DNA of 64,000 nt from an uncultured Holophaga sp. (lineage in GTDB: Bacteria; Acidobacteriota; Holophagae; Holophagales; Holophagaceae), in the NCBI GenBank assembly GCA_963664825.1, contig OY761614.1, positions 992,001 through 1,056,000 on the forward strand, in the 5' to 3' direction. The position numbers and the translations under genes were made by a program. Within the stretch, counting starts at the first letter, position 1. Each line of letters begins with the position of its first letter. Below, piece by piece: positions 10,301 to 20,397 of this stretch. The notes under the pieces were generated by a model, which was given only the letters and a program-made list of their open reading frames with translations, was not told the DNA's origin and made no database searches.

Positions 10301-10522
10301 ACACCCGGAGCCTCCAGTTCTTCACGGGACTCCAGATCATGAACGTGCCCAGCCGCCTCATCGTCGTTCAAGAACGATGGCCACTGGCCCGATGGCCTCA
10401 AGTCCATGCCCATCTACTACAACAGCCACCTGGAGTGGTTCCAGAAATACCTGGGAGGAGGAGCTGCTCCCTGGAAGACCGAGGATATGATCCGAAACCT
10501 AGCCTTTGCCGATAAGCTATAA
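10301..10522 (+). pseudogene. Displaced duplicate of the S9 peptidase 3' end (homologous to 7564-7784)
   Basis: Colinear DNA match including the stop codon; 1-bp insertion at 10366; no start. Confidence 0.9.
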
Positions 10523-10544
10523 AGGTCAGAATCGAGGCAGAAAC

Positions 10545-12089
10545 ATGAAAATAGGGAAGAAGGTTTCCCTGGCGAGCGGGGCGATGATCGCCTTCGCCAC
10601 GGCCCTGGTGGCCTTCACCACGCTCGCGATCATGTACCGGTCCCTGGAGGACCAGGCCATCTCCATGCAGGAGAGCCGCATCAAGACCCTCAGGGAGCTT
10701 CTCGCCCACAAGGGAAGGGATTTCAGGATCTCCGAGGGCGCCCTCTTCGCCGGGGAATACCAGCTCAATGGAGACTTCGAGATCCCCGACCGGCTGAAGG
10801 AACTCTGCGGCGGGACGGCCACCATCTTCATGGGGGACGTGCGCGTCTCCACCAATATCGTGGACAGCCAAGGCAGGCGGGCCGTGGGCACCCACCTCCA
10901 GGGCCCGACCCGGGAGGCCATCTTCGAGAGGAAGGAGAGCTTCCGTGGCCAGGCCGTGATCCTGGGGGAGCCCTACTTCACGGCCTACGATCCCATCCTG
11001 GACACCCAGGGGAAGGTCATTGGTGTGCTCTACACCGGGGTCAAGAAGAGCGAGTATTTCAGCGGTTTCTACCACCTCCTCTGGATCGTCTCAGGCATGA
11101 CCGCGGCGGTCATCGCCGGGTCCTTCCTCTTCATGCGCTACCTCGCCAGCAGGATCAGCCGCCCCCTGGATCACATGATCTCCGGCATGGAGCGCTCGGA
11201 TCTCACGCTGGTCCTTCCCGAAGAGGGTGATGACGAAATCCGCGCGCTGGCCAAGGCCTTCAACCAGCACAACGGGGAACTCCGGGAGGCGCTTCGGCAA
11301 TTCGGTTTCCAGTCCCACCAGGTAGCCAGCGGGAGCACGGAGCTCTCTGCCACCGCCGAACAGCTCTCGGCGACCACCGAGGAACTCGACCGCGGCATCG
11401 AGACCCAACGGGAGCACACGGACCAGATGGCCAGTGCCATCACCGAACTGACGGCCTCCATCGCCGAGGTGTCCCAAAACGCCGGCCTCTCGAGACAGGT
11501 GTCCGAGCAGGCCGCCCAGGCGGCCACTGCGGGGGCCCAGGTGGGCCAGGAGACCTCTAAAGCCATGGAGACCGTGCGCGAGAGCACGGAGCGGATGGTG
11601 CAGGCGATCCGCGTCATCCGGGAGATCGCCAATCAGACGAACCTGCTGTCCTTGAACGCGGCCATCGAAGCCGCGAAGGCCGGATCCCTGGGCAAGGGCT
11701 TCGCCGTCGTCGCCGAGGAGGTGCGGAAGCTGGCCGAGCGTTCCCAGACGGCAGCCAAGGAGATCGAGGGGCTCATCTCATTTTCCCAGACCGCTGTCGA
11801 GGGAGGCAACCGCAGCGTGGAGGCGGTCGTGGCCCAACTCGAGCAGATCAAGGAACAGGCGGAGCGGGCCGCGGAAACCGTGCATCAGATCGCTCAGGCC
11901 AGCGGCGAGCAGGCCCGCACCGCCGAGGAGGTGGCGCGTACCATGGCCCAGGTAGCCTCAGAAAACACCCGGACGGCCGCAGCCAGTGTGCAGATCGCCT
12001 CGACGAGCCGAGAGGTAGCGCGCACGGCCAGCGAACTAGCCAAGATCGCCGAGGCCCTCCAAGCCGAGGCAGGCAAGTTCAGGATCTGA
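10545..12089 (+). CDS. Methyl-accepting chemotaxis protein with Cache sensor domain
   Basis: TM-Cache (ATIF..VRVSTN..GRRAVGT)-TM-HAMP; signalling motif [33 protein letters not shown]. Confidence 0.95.
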   Translation: MKIGKKVSLASGAMIAFATALVAFTTLAIMYRSLEDQAISMQESRIKTLRELLAHKGRDFRISEGALFAGEYQLNGDFEIPDRLKELCGGTATIFMGDVRVSTNIVDSQGRRAVGTHLQGPTREAIFERKESFRGQAVILGEPYFTAYDPILDTQGKVIGVLYTGVKKSEYFSGFYHLLWIVSGMTAAVIAGSFLFMRYLASRISRPLDHMISGMERSDLTLVLPEEGDDEIRALAKAFNQHNGELREALRQFGFQSHQVASGSTELSATAEQLSATTEELDRGIETQREHTDQMASAITELTASIAEVSQNAGLSRQVSEQAAQAATAGAQVGQETSKAMETVRESTERMVQAIRVIREIANQTNLLSLNAAIEAAKAGSLGKGFAVVAEEVRKLAERSQTAAKEIEGLISFSQTAVEGGNRSVEAVVAQLEQIKEQAERAAETVHQIAQASGEQARTAEEVARTMAQVASENTRTAAASVQIASTSREVARTASELAKIAEALQAEAGKFRI

Positions 12090-12127
12090 GGCCCCCATCT
12101 TCGGCGTTCTTGCGGTGGGATCCCCCT

Positions 12128-13357
12128 TCAGTCCTTCACCTTCGCCAACAGTTCCTTCACCGCGTCCTTGTGCACCATGAAGGCCAACACCTTCAGCTTC
12201 ACGTAGTCCTCCCGGTAGAAGTAGTAGCCGGGGTGTTCGCTGTTCCAGGAGCTGCTCCAGGAGTCCTTCACCAGGAACCAGTCCTGGCCATGCCTCTGGG
12301 TGAAGCCCACCACGTGCAGGCCGTGATCGTCGGTGGTGCTGCCGTTCTGGAAGCGGAACTGGCGGGCGGCCGCGTCGATATGGCTCGCGGGGATATCCCA
12401 GGTGGGCACCACCGCCAGGCCCGGACCACCGATGGAATAGCCGGGCTCGGACATATCGGCGGCGATGGCCAGGGAGTAGCCCTTCTGAATGGCGCCCTTG
12501 AAGGCCCCCATGAATGCGTCCAGGGGGATATTGAGATACTCCTTCCCGTGCCACCAATTGTCAGGCACCTCGTATTCCGTGCGCTCCCAGGCGGGCTTCC
12601 CGAGGAATGAAACGAATTCCACGTAATCGTCGGGGTTGAGGCGCACCACCTGGGCCAGGTATTCCTGGGGCGTGAGCGTCTTCCCTTCCACCTGCACGGT
12701 GGCAGGCGGCGCTCCCAGATAATGATCGAGGATGGCCCGCACGGTCGATACCACCTGCTCCTCGTTCCAGGCGTTTGAAGCCTTCACGCCATCCAGGTAG
12801 GCCTTCAGCTCCTTGAAGAGGGGAGCGTGATCGTAGTTCTGGCGGCCATCCTGCAGGCCGGTGTAGGCCTCCAGGGGAATTACGCCGTGTTCCTTCCAGG
12901 CCCTCATCACCGCCGCCCCTTGAGAGCCCTCGCCGAAGACGGACTTCCCGCGGCTCCGCACGAAGCCCCGGGCCTTCTCCACGTACTCCCAGTAGACCGA
13001 ATGCATCACGGAGAAGCGCAGCTTCCGCTGGGTCAGGCGGTAGGCCTCGGATTCCAGGAAGGAGGTCGTGGAGAAGCACCAGCACATCCCCGAGAGCCCC
13101 TGGCAAATCGAGGGCTGATGGAAGACCTGGGTGAATGCCGAAAGCCCCTTGGGGGCGTCGATGGTGGCGAAGTCCACCCACATGGTCTTCTTCTCGGGTT
13201 CTTCGGACTTCTTGCGAAGTTCGGCCCGGATGCCATCGAGCTTGGCATCCTTTTCCACCTCGAAGAGGACCTTGTCCCGATGTTCCTGAGCTTGAGCCTG
13301 AGCCTGGGCCGGAGCGATGAGGACGGTGCCAGCGATCAAAAGGGCGAGTGTGCGCAT
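12128..13357 (-). CDS. C1 family cysteine peptidase (aminopeptidase C-like), exported
   Basis: Signal peptide; QGLSGMCWCFS, DDHGLHVVG, LVKDSW. Confidence 0.88.
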   Translation of the reverse strand: MRTLALLIAGTVLIAPAQAQAQAQEHRDKVLFEVEKDAKLDGIRAELRKKSEEPEKKTMWVDFATIDAPKGLSAFTQVFHQPSICQGLSGMCWCFSTTSFLESEAYRLTQRKLRFSVMHSVYWEYVEKARGFVRSRGKSVFGEGSQGAAVMRAWKEHGVIPLEAYTGLQDGRQNYDHAPLFKELKAYLDGVKASNAWNEEQVVSTVRAILDHYLGAPPATVQVEGKTLTPQEYLAQVVRLNPDDYVEFVSFLGKPAWERTEYEVPDNWWHGKEYLNIPLDAFMGAFKGAIQKGYSLAIAADMSEPGYSIGGPGLAVVPTWDIPASHIDAAARQFRFQNGSTTDDHGLHVVGFTQRHGQDWFLVKDSWSSSWNSEHPGYYFYREDYVKLKVLAFMVHKDAVKELLAKVKD

Positions 13358-13436
13358 GAAGGCTCCTCCGGGAATGACCTCGTATTAAGATGATGACGTC
13401 CATTCTGCCACCCACGTCCAGTTCCCGGAGGATCTC

Positions 13437-15527
13437 ATGCGTTCCCTCATCCCGCTGACCGCCCTGGTCTGCCTTGCGAGTCCCGCCATGGCCAAGCCCA
13501 CCGACAACCCCTTCTTCACCCAATGGAAGACGCCCTTCGGCGTGCCCCCCTTCGACCAGATCAAGGCCGAACACTTCCTGCCGGCCTTCCAGGAGGGCAT
13601 GCAGCGCCATAAGCAGGAGATCGAGGCCATCACCAAGAACCCCGCCAAGCCCACATTCAAGAACACCGTGGCGGCCCTGGACGATGCCGGCGAGGACCTG
13701 GCGCGGGTGGAGCGAATCTTCCTGCTCCTCACCAGCGCCGAGACCAACGAACAGCTGCAGGCCCTGGAGGAGAAGGTCCAGCCCCTGCTCACATCCCACA
13801 GCGACGACCTGAACCTGAACGAGGCCCTCTTCCTGCGGGTGAAGGCCGTCTATGAGCACCGCGCCCAGCAGAAGCTCGGCGCCCAGGAAGCCATGCTGCT
13901 GGAGAAGACCTATCACCGTTTTCTGAGGGGTGGAGCGGGTTTGGGTGCGGCCCAGCAGGAGCGCTTCCGGGCCATCAACGCCGAGCTCTCGGCCCTCCAG
14001 GTGAAGTTCGCGTCGAATCTTCTCAAGGACACCAACGCCTATCGCCTGGTGATCGATAAGCAGGCGGATCTGGCCGGACTCCCCGCCGATCAGATCGCCG
14101 CCGCTTCTGAGGTGGCCAAGAAGGCGGGCCAGGAGGGTACGTGGGTCTTCACCCTGGCCTACCCCAGCATCTGGCCCTTCATGACCTACGCCGAAAACCG
14201 GGAACTGCGCCGCCAGATATTTACCGCCTACACCACCCGCTGCTTGACCGGGGAGACCGAGAACCGCACGGTATTTGCCAAGATCGCCGCCCTGCGCGCC
14301 GAGAAGGCCCAGCTCCTGGGCTTCAAGACCTGGGCGGCCTACACCCTGGACGACACCATGGCCAAGACCCCCGCCAAGGCCTATGAACTCATGGAGCAGC
14401 TCTGGAAGCCTTCCCTGGCGCTGGCCAAGCGCGAGGCCGCCGATCTCCAGGCCATGATCGACCAGGAGAAGGGGAGTTTTAAACTGGAGCCCTGGGATTG
14501 GTGGTACTACGCCGACAAGGTCAAGAAGGCCAAGTTCGCCCTGGATGAGGAGGCCATGAAGCCCTACTTCCCCCTGGAGCAGGTGCGCCGCGGCGCCTTC
14601 GCCCTGGCCGGGAAGCTCTACGGCATCACCTTCACCGAGCGCAAGGATCTGCCCGTCTATCACCCGGAGGTGCAGGCCTTCGAGGTCAAGGAGAAGGACG
14701 GACGGCATCTGGGGGTCCTCTACATGGACTTCCACCCCCGGCCGGGCAAGACGGTCGGCGCCTGGTGCGACACCCTGCGGGATTCCTGGATCAAGAACGG
14801 CAAGTTCATCTCGCCGGTGGTCTATAACGTCTCCAATTTCGCCCGGCCCTCAGCCAATGCCCCGGCCCTCCTCAGCGCCGACGAGGCCGAGACCCTCTTC
14901 CACGAATTCGGCCACGCCGTGCACAACCTCCTGGTCCATGTGCGCTTCCGCAGCGCTGGCGTGAACGGGGTGGCCATCGATTTCGTCGAGCTGCCCAGCC
15001 AGGTCATGGAGAACTGGGTCTTCGAGCCCGAGATGCTCAAGCTCTACGCCAAGCACTATCAGACCGGCGAAGTGATTCCGGCCAGTCTGGTGCAGAAGAA
15101 GCTGAAGGCTTCCACCTTCAACCAGGGATTTGCCTGGACGGAGAAACTGGCAGCTTCCCTATTGGACATGGACTGGCATTCCCTCACCACCACCGTACCC
15201 CAGGACGCCGCGGTCCTCGAGCGGGCCAGCTTCACCAAGTGGGGCCTCATCCCCGAGATCGTCTCCCGCTACCGGACTTCCTACTTCAAGCACTCCGCCA
15301 CGGACTACTCCGCCAGCTATTACAGCTACACCTGGTCCGAAGTGCTGGATAGCGATGCCTTCCAGGCCTTCAAGGAGACGGGGAATATCTTCGATCCCAA
15401 GACAGCCAAGGCCTTCCGCAAGATGCTCTCCAAGGGCGGCAGCGAGGATCCCGCAGTCATCTACCGGGAATTCCGCGGACGGGATCCCAAGGTCGAGGCC
15501 CTCCTGGAAAAGCGCGGACTCAAGTAG
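13437..15527 (+). CDS. M3 metallopeptidase (peptidyl-dipeptidase Dcp-like), copy 1
   Basis: Signal peptide; FHEFGH, DFVELPSQ, FRGRDP. Confidence 0.93.
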   Translation: MRSLIPLTALVCLASPAMAKPTDNPFFTQWKTPFGVPPFDQIKAEHFLPAFQEGMQRHKQEIEAITKNPAKPTFKNTVAALDDAGEDLARVERIFLLLTSAETNEQLQALEEKVQPLLTSHSDDLNLNEALFLRVKAVYEHRAQQKLGAQEAMLLEKTYHRFLRGGAGLGAAQQERFRAINAELSALQVKFASNLLKDTNAYRLVIDKQADLAGLPADQIAAASEVAKKAGQEGTWVFTLAYPSIWPFMTYAENRELRRQIFTAYTTRCLTGETENRTVFAKIAALRAEKAQLLGFKTWAAYTLDDTMAKTPAKAYELMEQLWKPSLALAKREAADLQAMIDQEKGSFKLEPWDWWYYADKVKKAKFALDEEAMKPYFPLEQVRRGAFALAGKLYGITFTERKDLPVYHPEVQAFEVKEKDGRHLGVLYMDFHPRPGKTVGAWCDTLRDSWIKNGKFISPVVYNVSNFARPSANAPALLSADEAETLFHEFGHAVHNLLVHVRFRSAGVNGVAIDFVELPSQVMENWVFEPEMLKLYAKHYQTGEVIPASLVQKKLKASTFNQGFAWTEKLAASLLDMDWHSLTTTVPQDAAVLERASFTKWGLIPEIVSRYRTSYFKHSATDYSASYYSYTWSEVLDSDAFQAFKETGNIFDPKTAKAFRKMLSKGGSEDPAVIYREFRGRDPKVEALLEKRGLK

Positions 15528-15580
15528 GGCCACCCGAAATCCAGCCTCCGTATTCCCGTCACTCCATTTCTGAGGACACC

Positions 15581-17662
15581 ATGAAATCAAGCGCCCTCTC
15601 CGCATTGCTGGCCCTGCCCATGCTCGCGGCCACCCCCAATCCCACCCAGGCTTCCAATCCCTTCTTCCGGGAATGGAAGGCCCCCTTCGGCGCCCCTCCC
15701 TTCGCCCAGATCCAGGAGGACCACTTCCTGCCCGCCTTCAAGGAGGGCATGGCGCGCCAAAAGGCCGAAATCAGGGCCATCACCGCGTCCAAGGCCAAGC
15801 CCACCTTCAGGAACACCGTGGAGGCCATGGAGCGTGCCGGGGCCTTCCTGGAAAACGTGGCCTCGGTCTTCGGTTCCCTTTCGGGTGCCGAGACCAACCC
15901 CAAGCTCCAGGCCATCCATGGTGAACTGGCCCCCCTCATGGCGGCCCACGATGACGATATCAATTTCAACGAAAAGCTCTGGCAGCGGGTCAAGGCCGTC
16001 TGGGAACACCGCCCATCCGAGAAGCTGAGCCCAGAGCAGGCCCGCCTCCTGGAAGAGACCTACAAGGGTTTCAAGCGCACGGGAGCAGACCTGAATGCCG
16101 AGCAGAAGACGCACATGCGCGCCATCAACGCCGAGCTCTCCCAGCTCGGCGTGCAGTTCGGGGACCGGATACTGAAGGCCACCAAGAATTTCAAGCTGGT
16201 GGTCGAGAACCCCGCGGACCTGGCGGGCCTGCCCGAGGGTGTGCTTAGCGCCGCGGCAGGCGCCGCCAAAAAGGCAGGACAGGACCACAAGTGGCTCTTC
16301 AGCCTGGATGGCCCGAGCCTCTGGCCCTTCCTCCAGTATGCCGAGAACCGAGAGCTGCGCCGCCAGATGCTCACCGCCTACACCGAGCGCTGCAACGGAG
16401 GGGACCAGGACACCCGAGCCATCGTCAACCGCATCGCCGCCCTGCGCTCAGAGAAGGCGCAGCTCCTGGGCTTCAAGACCTGGGCGGATTTCGTCCTTGC
16501 CGAAAACATGGCCAAGGACGCCAAGGGAGTCTATGGCCTCCTCGACCAGCTCTGGAAGCCTTCTCTCGAAGTGGCGAAGAAGGACCGGGTCGACTTGCAG
16601 GCCCTCCTGGAGAAGGATCTGCCCGGCGAGAGACTCCAGCCTTGGGATTGGCGATTCTACGAAGAAAAGGTGCGCAAGGCGCGCTTCGAACTGGACGAGG
16701 AGGCTCTGAAACCCTACTTCCCCCTCGATCGGGTGCGCGAGGGCGCCTTCCGAGTGGCCGGGAAGCTCTACGGCATCACCTTCACCGAGCTGAAGGACAT
16801 GCCCGTCTATAACCCGGAAGTGAAGGTCTTCGAAGTCAAGGAGAAGGACGGGCAGAGCCTGGGCCTCCTCTACACCGATTACCATCCCCGACCCGGGAAG
16901 CGGGGCGGGGCTTGGTGCGGGCGCATCCGCGCGGGCTACGGCAAGGTCAAGCCCATCGTGACCAACGTCTGCAACTTCACGCGACCCACGGGCGATAAGC
17001 CTGCCCTGCTCACGCCCGATGAAGTGCAGACCCTCTTCCACGAGTTCGGTCACGCCATCCACGGGTTCTTCTACAAGGGCCATTACCGGGGGCTGGCCGG
17101 AACGCCCCGGGACTTCGTGGAGCTGCCCAGCCAGATCATGGAGAACTGGGCCCTGGAGCCCGAGGTGTTGAAGCTCTACGCCCAACACTACAAGACCGGC
17201 GAGACGATTCCCGACGCGCTCCTGCAAAGGATGCAAAGGGCTGGGACCTACGGTCAGGGTTTCAAGACCGTGGAATACCTGGCGGCCTCCCTGCTGGACA
17301 TGGCCTGGCACACCCAGACCGAACCCGTGACCCAGGACGCCATGGCCTTCGAAAAGGCCACCTTCGACAAACTCGGCCTGATCCCGGAGATCCCCTCCCG
17401 CTACCGCACACCCTACTTCAACCACATCTGGGGCGGCGGGTACAGCGCCGGGTACTACGCCTACATCTGGAGCGCCGTGCTGGATAGCGACGCCTTCCAG
17501 GCCTTCAAGGAGAAGGGCAATCTCTTCAACCCCGCCACCGCCCAGGCCTTCCGCAAGCTGCTATCCAAGGGCGGCAGCGAGGATCCCGCCGCGCTGTACC
17601 GCGCGTTCCGTGGCAGGGATCCCCAGGTGGAGCCGCTGCTCGTGAAGCGAGGCCTGAAGTAG
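15581..17662 (+). CDS. M3 metallopeptidase (peptidyl-dipeptidase Dcp-like), copy 2
   Basis: Signal peptide; KRGGAW, FHEFGH, DFVELPSQ, YFNHIWGGGYSAGYYAY. Confidence 0.93.
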   Translation: MKSSALSALLALPMLAATPNPTQASNPFFREWKAPFGAPPFAQIQEDHFLPAFKEGMARQKAEIRAITASKAKPTFRNTVEAMERAGAFLENVASVFGSLSGAETNPKLQAIHGELAPLMAAHDDDINFNEKLWQRVKAVWEHRPSEKLSPEQARLLEETYKGFKRTGADLNAEQKTHMRAINAELSQLGVQFGDRILKATKNFKLVVENPADLAGLPEGVLSAAAGAAKKAGQDHKWLFSLDGPSLWPFLQYAENRELRRQMLTAYTERCNGGDQDTRAIVNRIAALRSEKAQLLGFKTWADFVLAENMAKDAKGVYGLLDQLWKPSLEVAKKDRVDLQALLEKDLPGERLQPWDWRFYEEKVRKARFELDEEALKPYFPLDRVREGAFRVAGKLYGITFTELKDMPVYNPEVKVFEVKEKDGQSLGLLYTDYHPRPGKRGGAWCGRIRAGYGKVKPIVTNVCNFTRPTGDKPALLTPDEVQTLFHEFGHAIHGFFYKGHYRGLAGTPRDFVELPSQIMENWALEPEVLKLYAQHYKTGETIPDALLQRMQRAGTYGQGFKTVEYLAASLLDMAWHTQTEPVTQDAMAFEKATFDKLGLIPEIPSRYRTPYFNHIWGGGYSAGYYAYIWSAVLDSDAFQAFKEKGNLFNPATAQAFRKLLSKGGSEDPAALYRAFRGRDPQVEPLLVKRGLK

Positions 17663-17670
17663 GGTTCAAT

Positions 17671-17773
17671 CACCACGAAGGCATGGCCCACGGAGGGGAA
17701 TCCCGAAAAAAAGCGGGTGGAGAAACCCGTGATGATTCGGAAGCCTCTCCGTGCCCCTTGTGTCTCCGTGGTG
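17671..17773. repeat. Long imperfect inverted repeat (REP/MITE-like) between convergent genes
   Basis: CACCACGAAGGCAT..CACGGAGGGG pairs with CCTCTCCGTG..GTGTCTCCGTGGTG. Confidence 0.55.
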
Positions 17774-17820
17774 TTCTAACTTTTTTGAATGCAGCACAGG
17801 TGTCCGAGAAGACGGGCCGT

Positions 17821-19308
17821 CTACTTCTTGCGGGTTTTCCTGCCGGGCACCACGGCTCCCGCCCGATCCCGCGAGCTGGAAGGCCGCCGGGAGGGCTTCA
17901 GTCCCTCACCCACGTCCATGATCCTGCGGACCTTGGCCCCTTCCTGAGGCGCCTCATCCCCCTGCTGTTTCTTCTGGATGCTCAGGCGGATGGGCGTGCC
18001 CACGAAGCCGAAGGCCCCGCGAAGACGATTCTCGAGGTAGCGCATATAGCTGAAGTGCAGACCCCGATCGGTATTGGCCTTGATGACGAAGGAGGGCGGG
18101 CGCACGCCCACCTGGACCATGAAATAGAGTTTGGGGAGTTTGCCATCCACCGCGTGAGGCGACATCGCCTCCACCGCATCGCGCAGGAACAGGTTCAGTT
18201 TCCCCGTGGAAATACGCCGGGCATGGGCCTCGGCACATTCATGGATGAGCGTGAAGAGTTTGGACACCCGCTGTCCGGTCAGGGCGGAGATGAAGAGCAT
18301 CGGCGCGTGCTGAAGGAACCCCAGGTCGTAGCGGATCTTTTCTTCGAAGGCGATGGAGGTGTAGGTGTCCTTGGGGACCAGATCCCACTTGTTGATCACC
18401 AGAATCACCGCCGCGCCGGCCTCCTGGGCGTAGCCCGCGATGACCGCGTCCTGGTGGGTGACGCCCTCCACGGCGTCGATGAGCAGGAGCGAGACATCCG
18501 CCCTGGCCATGGCCTGCTTGGCCTTCAGGATCGACAGGATCTCGGCCCCTTCGGTGGTCTTGCCCTTGCGGCGAATGCCCGCGGTATCGATCAGGCGATA
18601 GAGATGCTCGTCCACATTGAAGACCGTATCCACGGTATCGCGGGTGGTACCGGCCACCTCGCTCACCAGGCTGCGTTCATATCCCAGCAGCTTATTGGTG
18701 AGAGACGACTTGCCCACATTGGGCCTCCCGATGATGGCGAAGCGCAGCTCATCTCCCGGATCATGGCGCTCGGCTTCCTCCGGCGTCAGGTGATAGGGCA
18801 ACTTCGCCCGAACGGAGGCTAGCAGTTCAGGAACGCCCGAACCATGGCTGGCGCTGATGATATGGACTTCGTCGAAACCCAGCTCGTAGAAGGCCCCATC
18901 CGGGGACCCGCTCTTCACCCCATCGATCTTGTTGACCACCAGGACCGAGGGCTTGCCCGCCTGGCGGATGCGGAGGGCGATTTCGGCGTCTCCGGGGTTC
19001 CAGCCATCATGGGCATCCACCATCATCACAAGCACGTGAGCCTCGGTCATGGCCGCCTGGGCCATGCGGGTGATGCCCGCGGTGATGACATCGTCACCCT
19101 CGAAGTCCAGGCCACCGGTATCCATCAGCTCGAAGACTTCCTCCACCTCACCCTCTTCACTGAGGCAGTTGACCTGGGAATAGGAGCGATCCCGCGTCAT
19201 GCCCGGAAGATCATGCACCAGCGCCGTGCGCGTGCGCGTGAGGCGGTTGAAGAGCGTGGACTTCCCCACGTTGGGGCGACCACAGAGAGCGACGAGGGGG
19301 AGTTTCAT
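17821..19308 (-). CDS. der: Ribosome biogenesis GTPase Der (EngA)
   Basis: Two GRPNVGKS G-domains with DTGG/DTAG and NKID/NKWD, then a KH-like domain. Confidence 0.97.
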   Translation of the reverse strand: MKLPLVALCGRPNVGKSTLFNRLTRTRTALVHDLPGMTRDRSYSQVNCLSEEGEVEEVFELMDTGGLDFEGDDVITAGITRMAQAAMTEAHVLVMMVDAHDGWNPGDAEIALRIRQAGKPSVLVVNKIDGVKSGSPDGAFYELGFDEVHIISASHGSGVPELLASVRAKLPYHLTPEEAERHDPGDELRFAIIGRPNVGKSSLTNKLLGYERSLVSEVAGTTRDTVDTVFNVDEHLYRLIDTAGIRRKGKTTEGAEILSILKAKQAMARADVSLLLIDAVEGVTHQDAVIAGYAQEAGAAVILVINKWDLVPKDTYTSIAFEEKIRYDLGFLQHAPMLFISALTGQRVSKLFTLIHECAEAHARRISTGKLNLFLRDAVEAMSPHAVDGKLPKLYFMVQVGVRPPSFVIKANTDRGLHFSYMRYLENRLRGAFGFVGTPIRLSIQKKQQGDEAPQEGAKVRRIMDVGEGLKPSRRPSSSRDRAGAVVPGRKTRKK

Positions 19309-19501
19309 GGGAGCCGATCGGAAGGCAGAGTTGCCTGGTAATTCAATGGTATGTCAGAAGGATGGGAAGAACTTGGAATCAATCCCATCGGGCGCAGGCT
19401 CACCCTGGTCCAGGGAGTCGACCTTGCCATGGCGAATAGGGCTGCACTCGAGAGAAGGTCCTGGGCCACCAACGCGTGAGTTCGGGTCTGGAACTTCCTA
19501 G

Positions 19502-19530
19502 CAAAAAGCCCCCCATGCGGGGGGCTTTTG
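19502..19530 (-). terminator. Intrinsic terminator after the tRNA pair
   Basis: AAAAGCCCCCC-GCAT-GGGGGGCTTTTT on the minus strand. Confidence 0.85.
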
Positions 19531-19531
19531 T

Positions 19532-19608
19532 TGGCGGGGCTGACGGGACTCGAACCCGCGACTTCCAGCGTGACAGGCTGGCACTCTAACCGACTGAGCT
19601 ACAACCCC
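19532..19608 (-). tRNA. tRNA-Asp(GTC)
   Basis: Cloverleaf GGGGTTGTAGCTCAGTCGG...CCT-GTC-AC...GGTTCGAGTCCC...CCA. Confidence 0.95.
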
Positions 19609-19634
19609 ATGTTTTCAAACTACCAGAACGAGTC

Positions 19635-19710
19635 TGGTGGGCGATGACGGACTCGAACCGCCGACATCCTCCGTGTAAAGGAGGCGCTCTACCGACTGAG
19701 CTAATCGCCC
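19635..19710 (-). tRNA. tRNA-Val(TAC)
   Basis: Cloverleaf GGGCGATTAGCTCAG...CCTCC-TT-TAC-AC-GGAGG...GGTTCGAGTCC...CCA. Confidence 0.95.
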
Positions 19711-19881
19711 GTCTCGCCGAACCGAAATCCTCCCATGCCCCAGGGGCAGAGTCAACTCAAAAAGCATCCTTTCAGGCTGGGGGACCTAGCGGTAAGATGG
19801 CGCGAGCCTCGTCCTTGGGGCCGATACAACCCGCAAACCGCAAGGTTCCGACCTGTCGGAATGGGAACTGGGGGGGAGACT

Positions 19882-20394
19882 GTGACTCCAATCGCTTTGG
19901 AAGGTCTGACCGGGATGGGCCTCCTGACCGAGGGGGCATCCCCAAGTTTCATGGACGCCCTGCCGGACCCCATGAAGCTGGACCCTTACCAGATCGGCTT
20001 CGTCATCGTGCTATTGACGCTGCTCTACCTCTTCCTGAAATTTGCCTTCTTCAAGCCTGTCACCCGGGTGATGGACGAGCGCGAAGCGGCTATCGCCGCA
20101 GGTGGCGCCGCCAAGGCGGAGGCCTCCTCCAAGGTGGAACAGCGCCAGGCCGATTACGCCACGCGCCTGCGGGAACTCCGCGCCCAGGCCTTTGAACATC
20201 GCAAGGCTCTCGCCGCGGCCGCCGCCCAGGAGAAGCTATCCCTTCTGGAGAAGGCTCGGCAAGATTCTATCGAGACCCGGAACGCCGCCCTCCTGGATCT
20301 GAAGGCCCAAGGGGAAACCGCCAAGGCCGAGCTCGTGGCCCAGGTGGATGCCCTCTCCGAATCCATGGTCCAGCACCTTCTGAAGCAGGCTTGA
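19882..20394 (+). CDS. F0F1 ATP synthase subunit b'
   Basis: Single TM, then FFKPVTRVMDERE and coiled coil; first gene of the operon; start uncertain (GTG after GGAG). Confidence 0.85.
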   Translation: MTPIALEGLTGMGLLTEGASPSFMDALPDPMKLDPYQIGFVIVLLTLLYLFLKFAFFKPVTRVMDEREAAIAAGGAAKAEASSKVEQRQADYATRLRELRAQAFEHRKALAAAAAQEKLSLLEKARQDSIETRNAALLDLKAQGETAKAELVAQVDALSESMVQHLLKQA

Positions 20395-20397
20395 TCC

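Noticed and set aside
10222..10515. 97-aa ORF as a real gene
   Set aside because: It reads into the displaced S9 fragment and leaves the peptidase frame at the 10366 insertion; treated as a remnant
7564..10522. Diversity-generating retroelement (TR/VR pair)
   Set aside because: Differences are mostly synonymous third positions, not adenine-specific; no reverse transcriptase in the window
13284..13308. CTGAGC-type short tandem repeat as a phase-variation tract
   Set aside because: In-frame AQ repeat at the signal-peptide junction; 6-nt unit changes would not shift the frame
19309..19531. tRNA-targeted integrated element after tRNA-Asp
   Set aside because: Only a terminator and about 190 bp before der; no integrase and no duplicated tRNA 3' end
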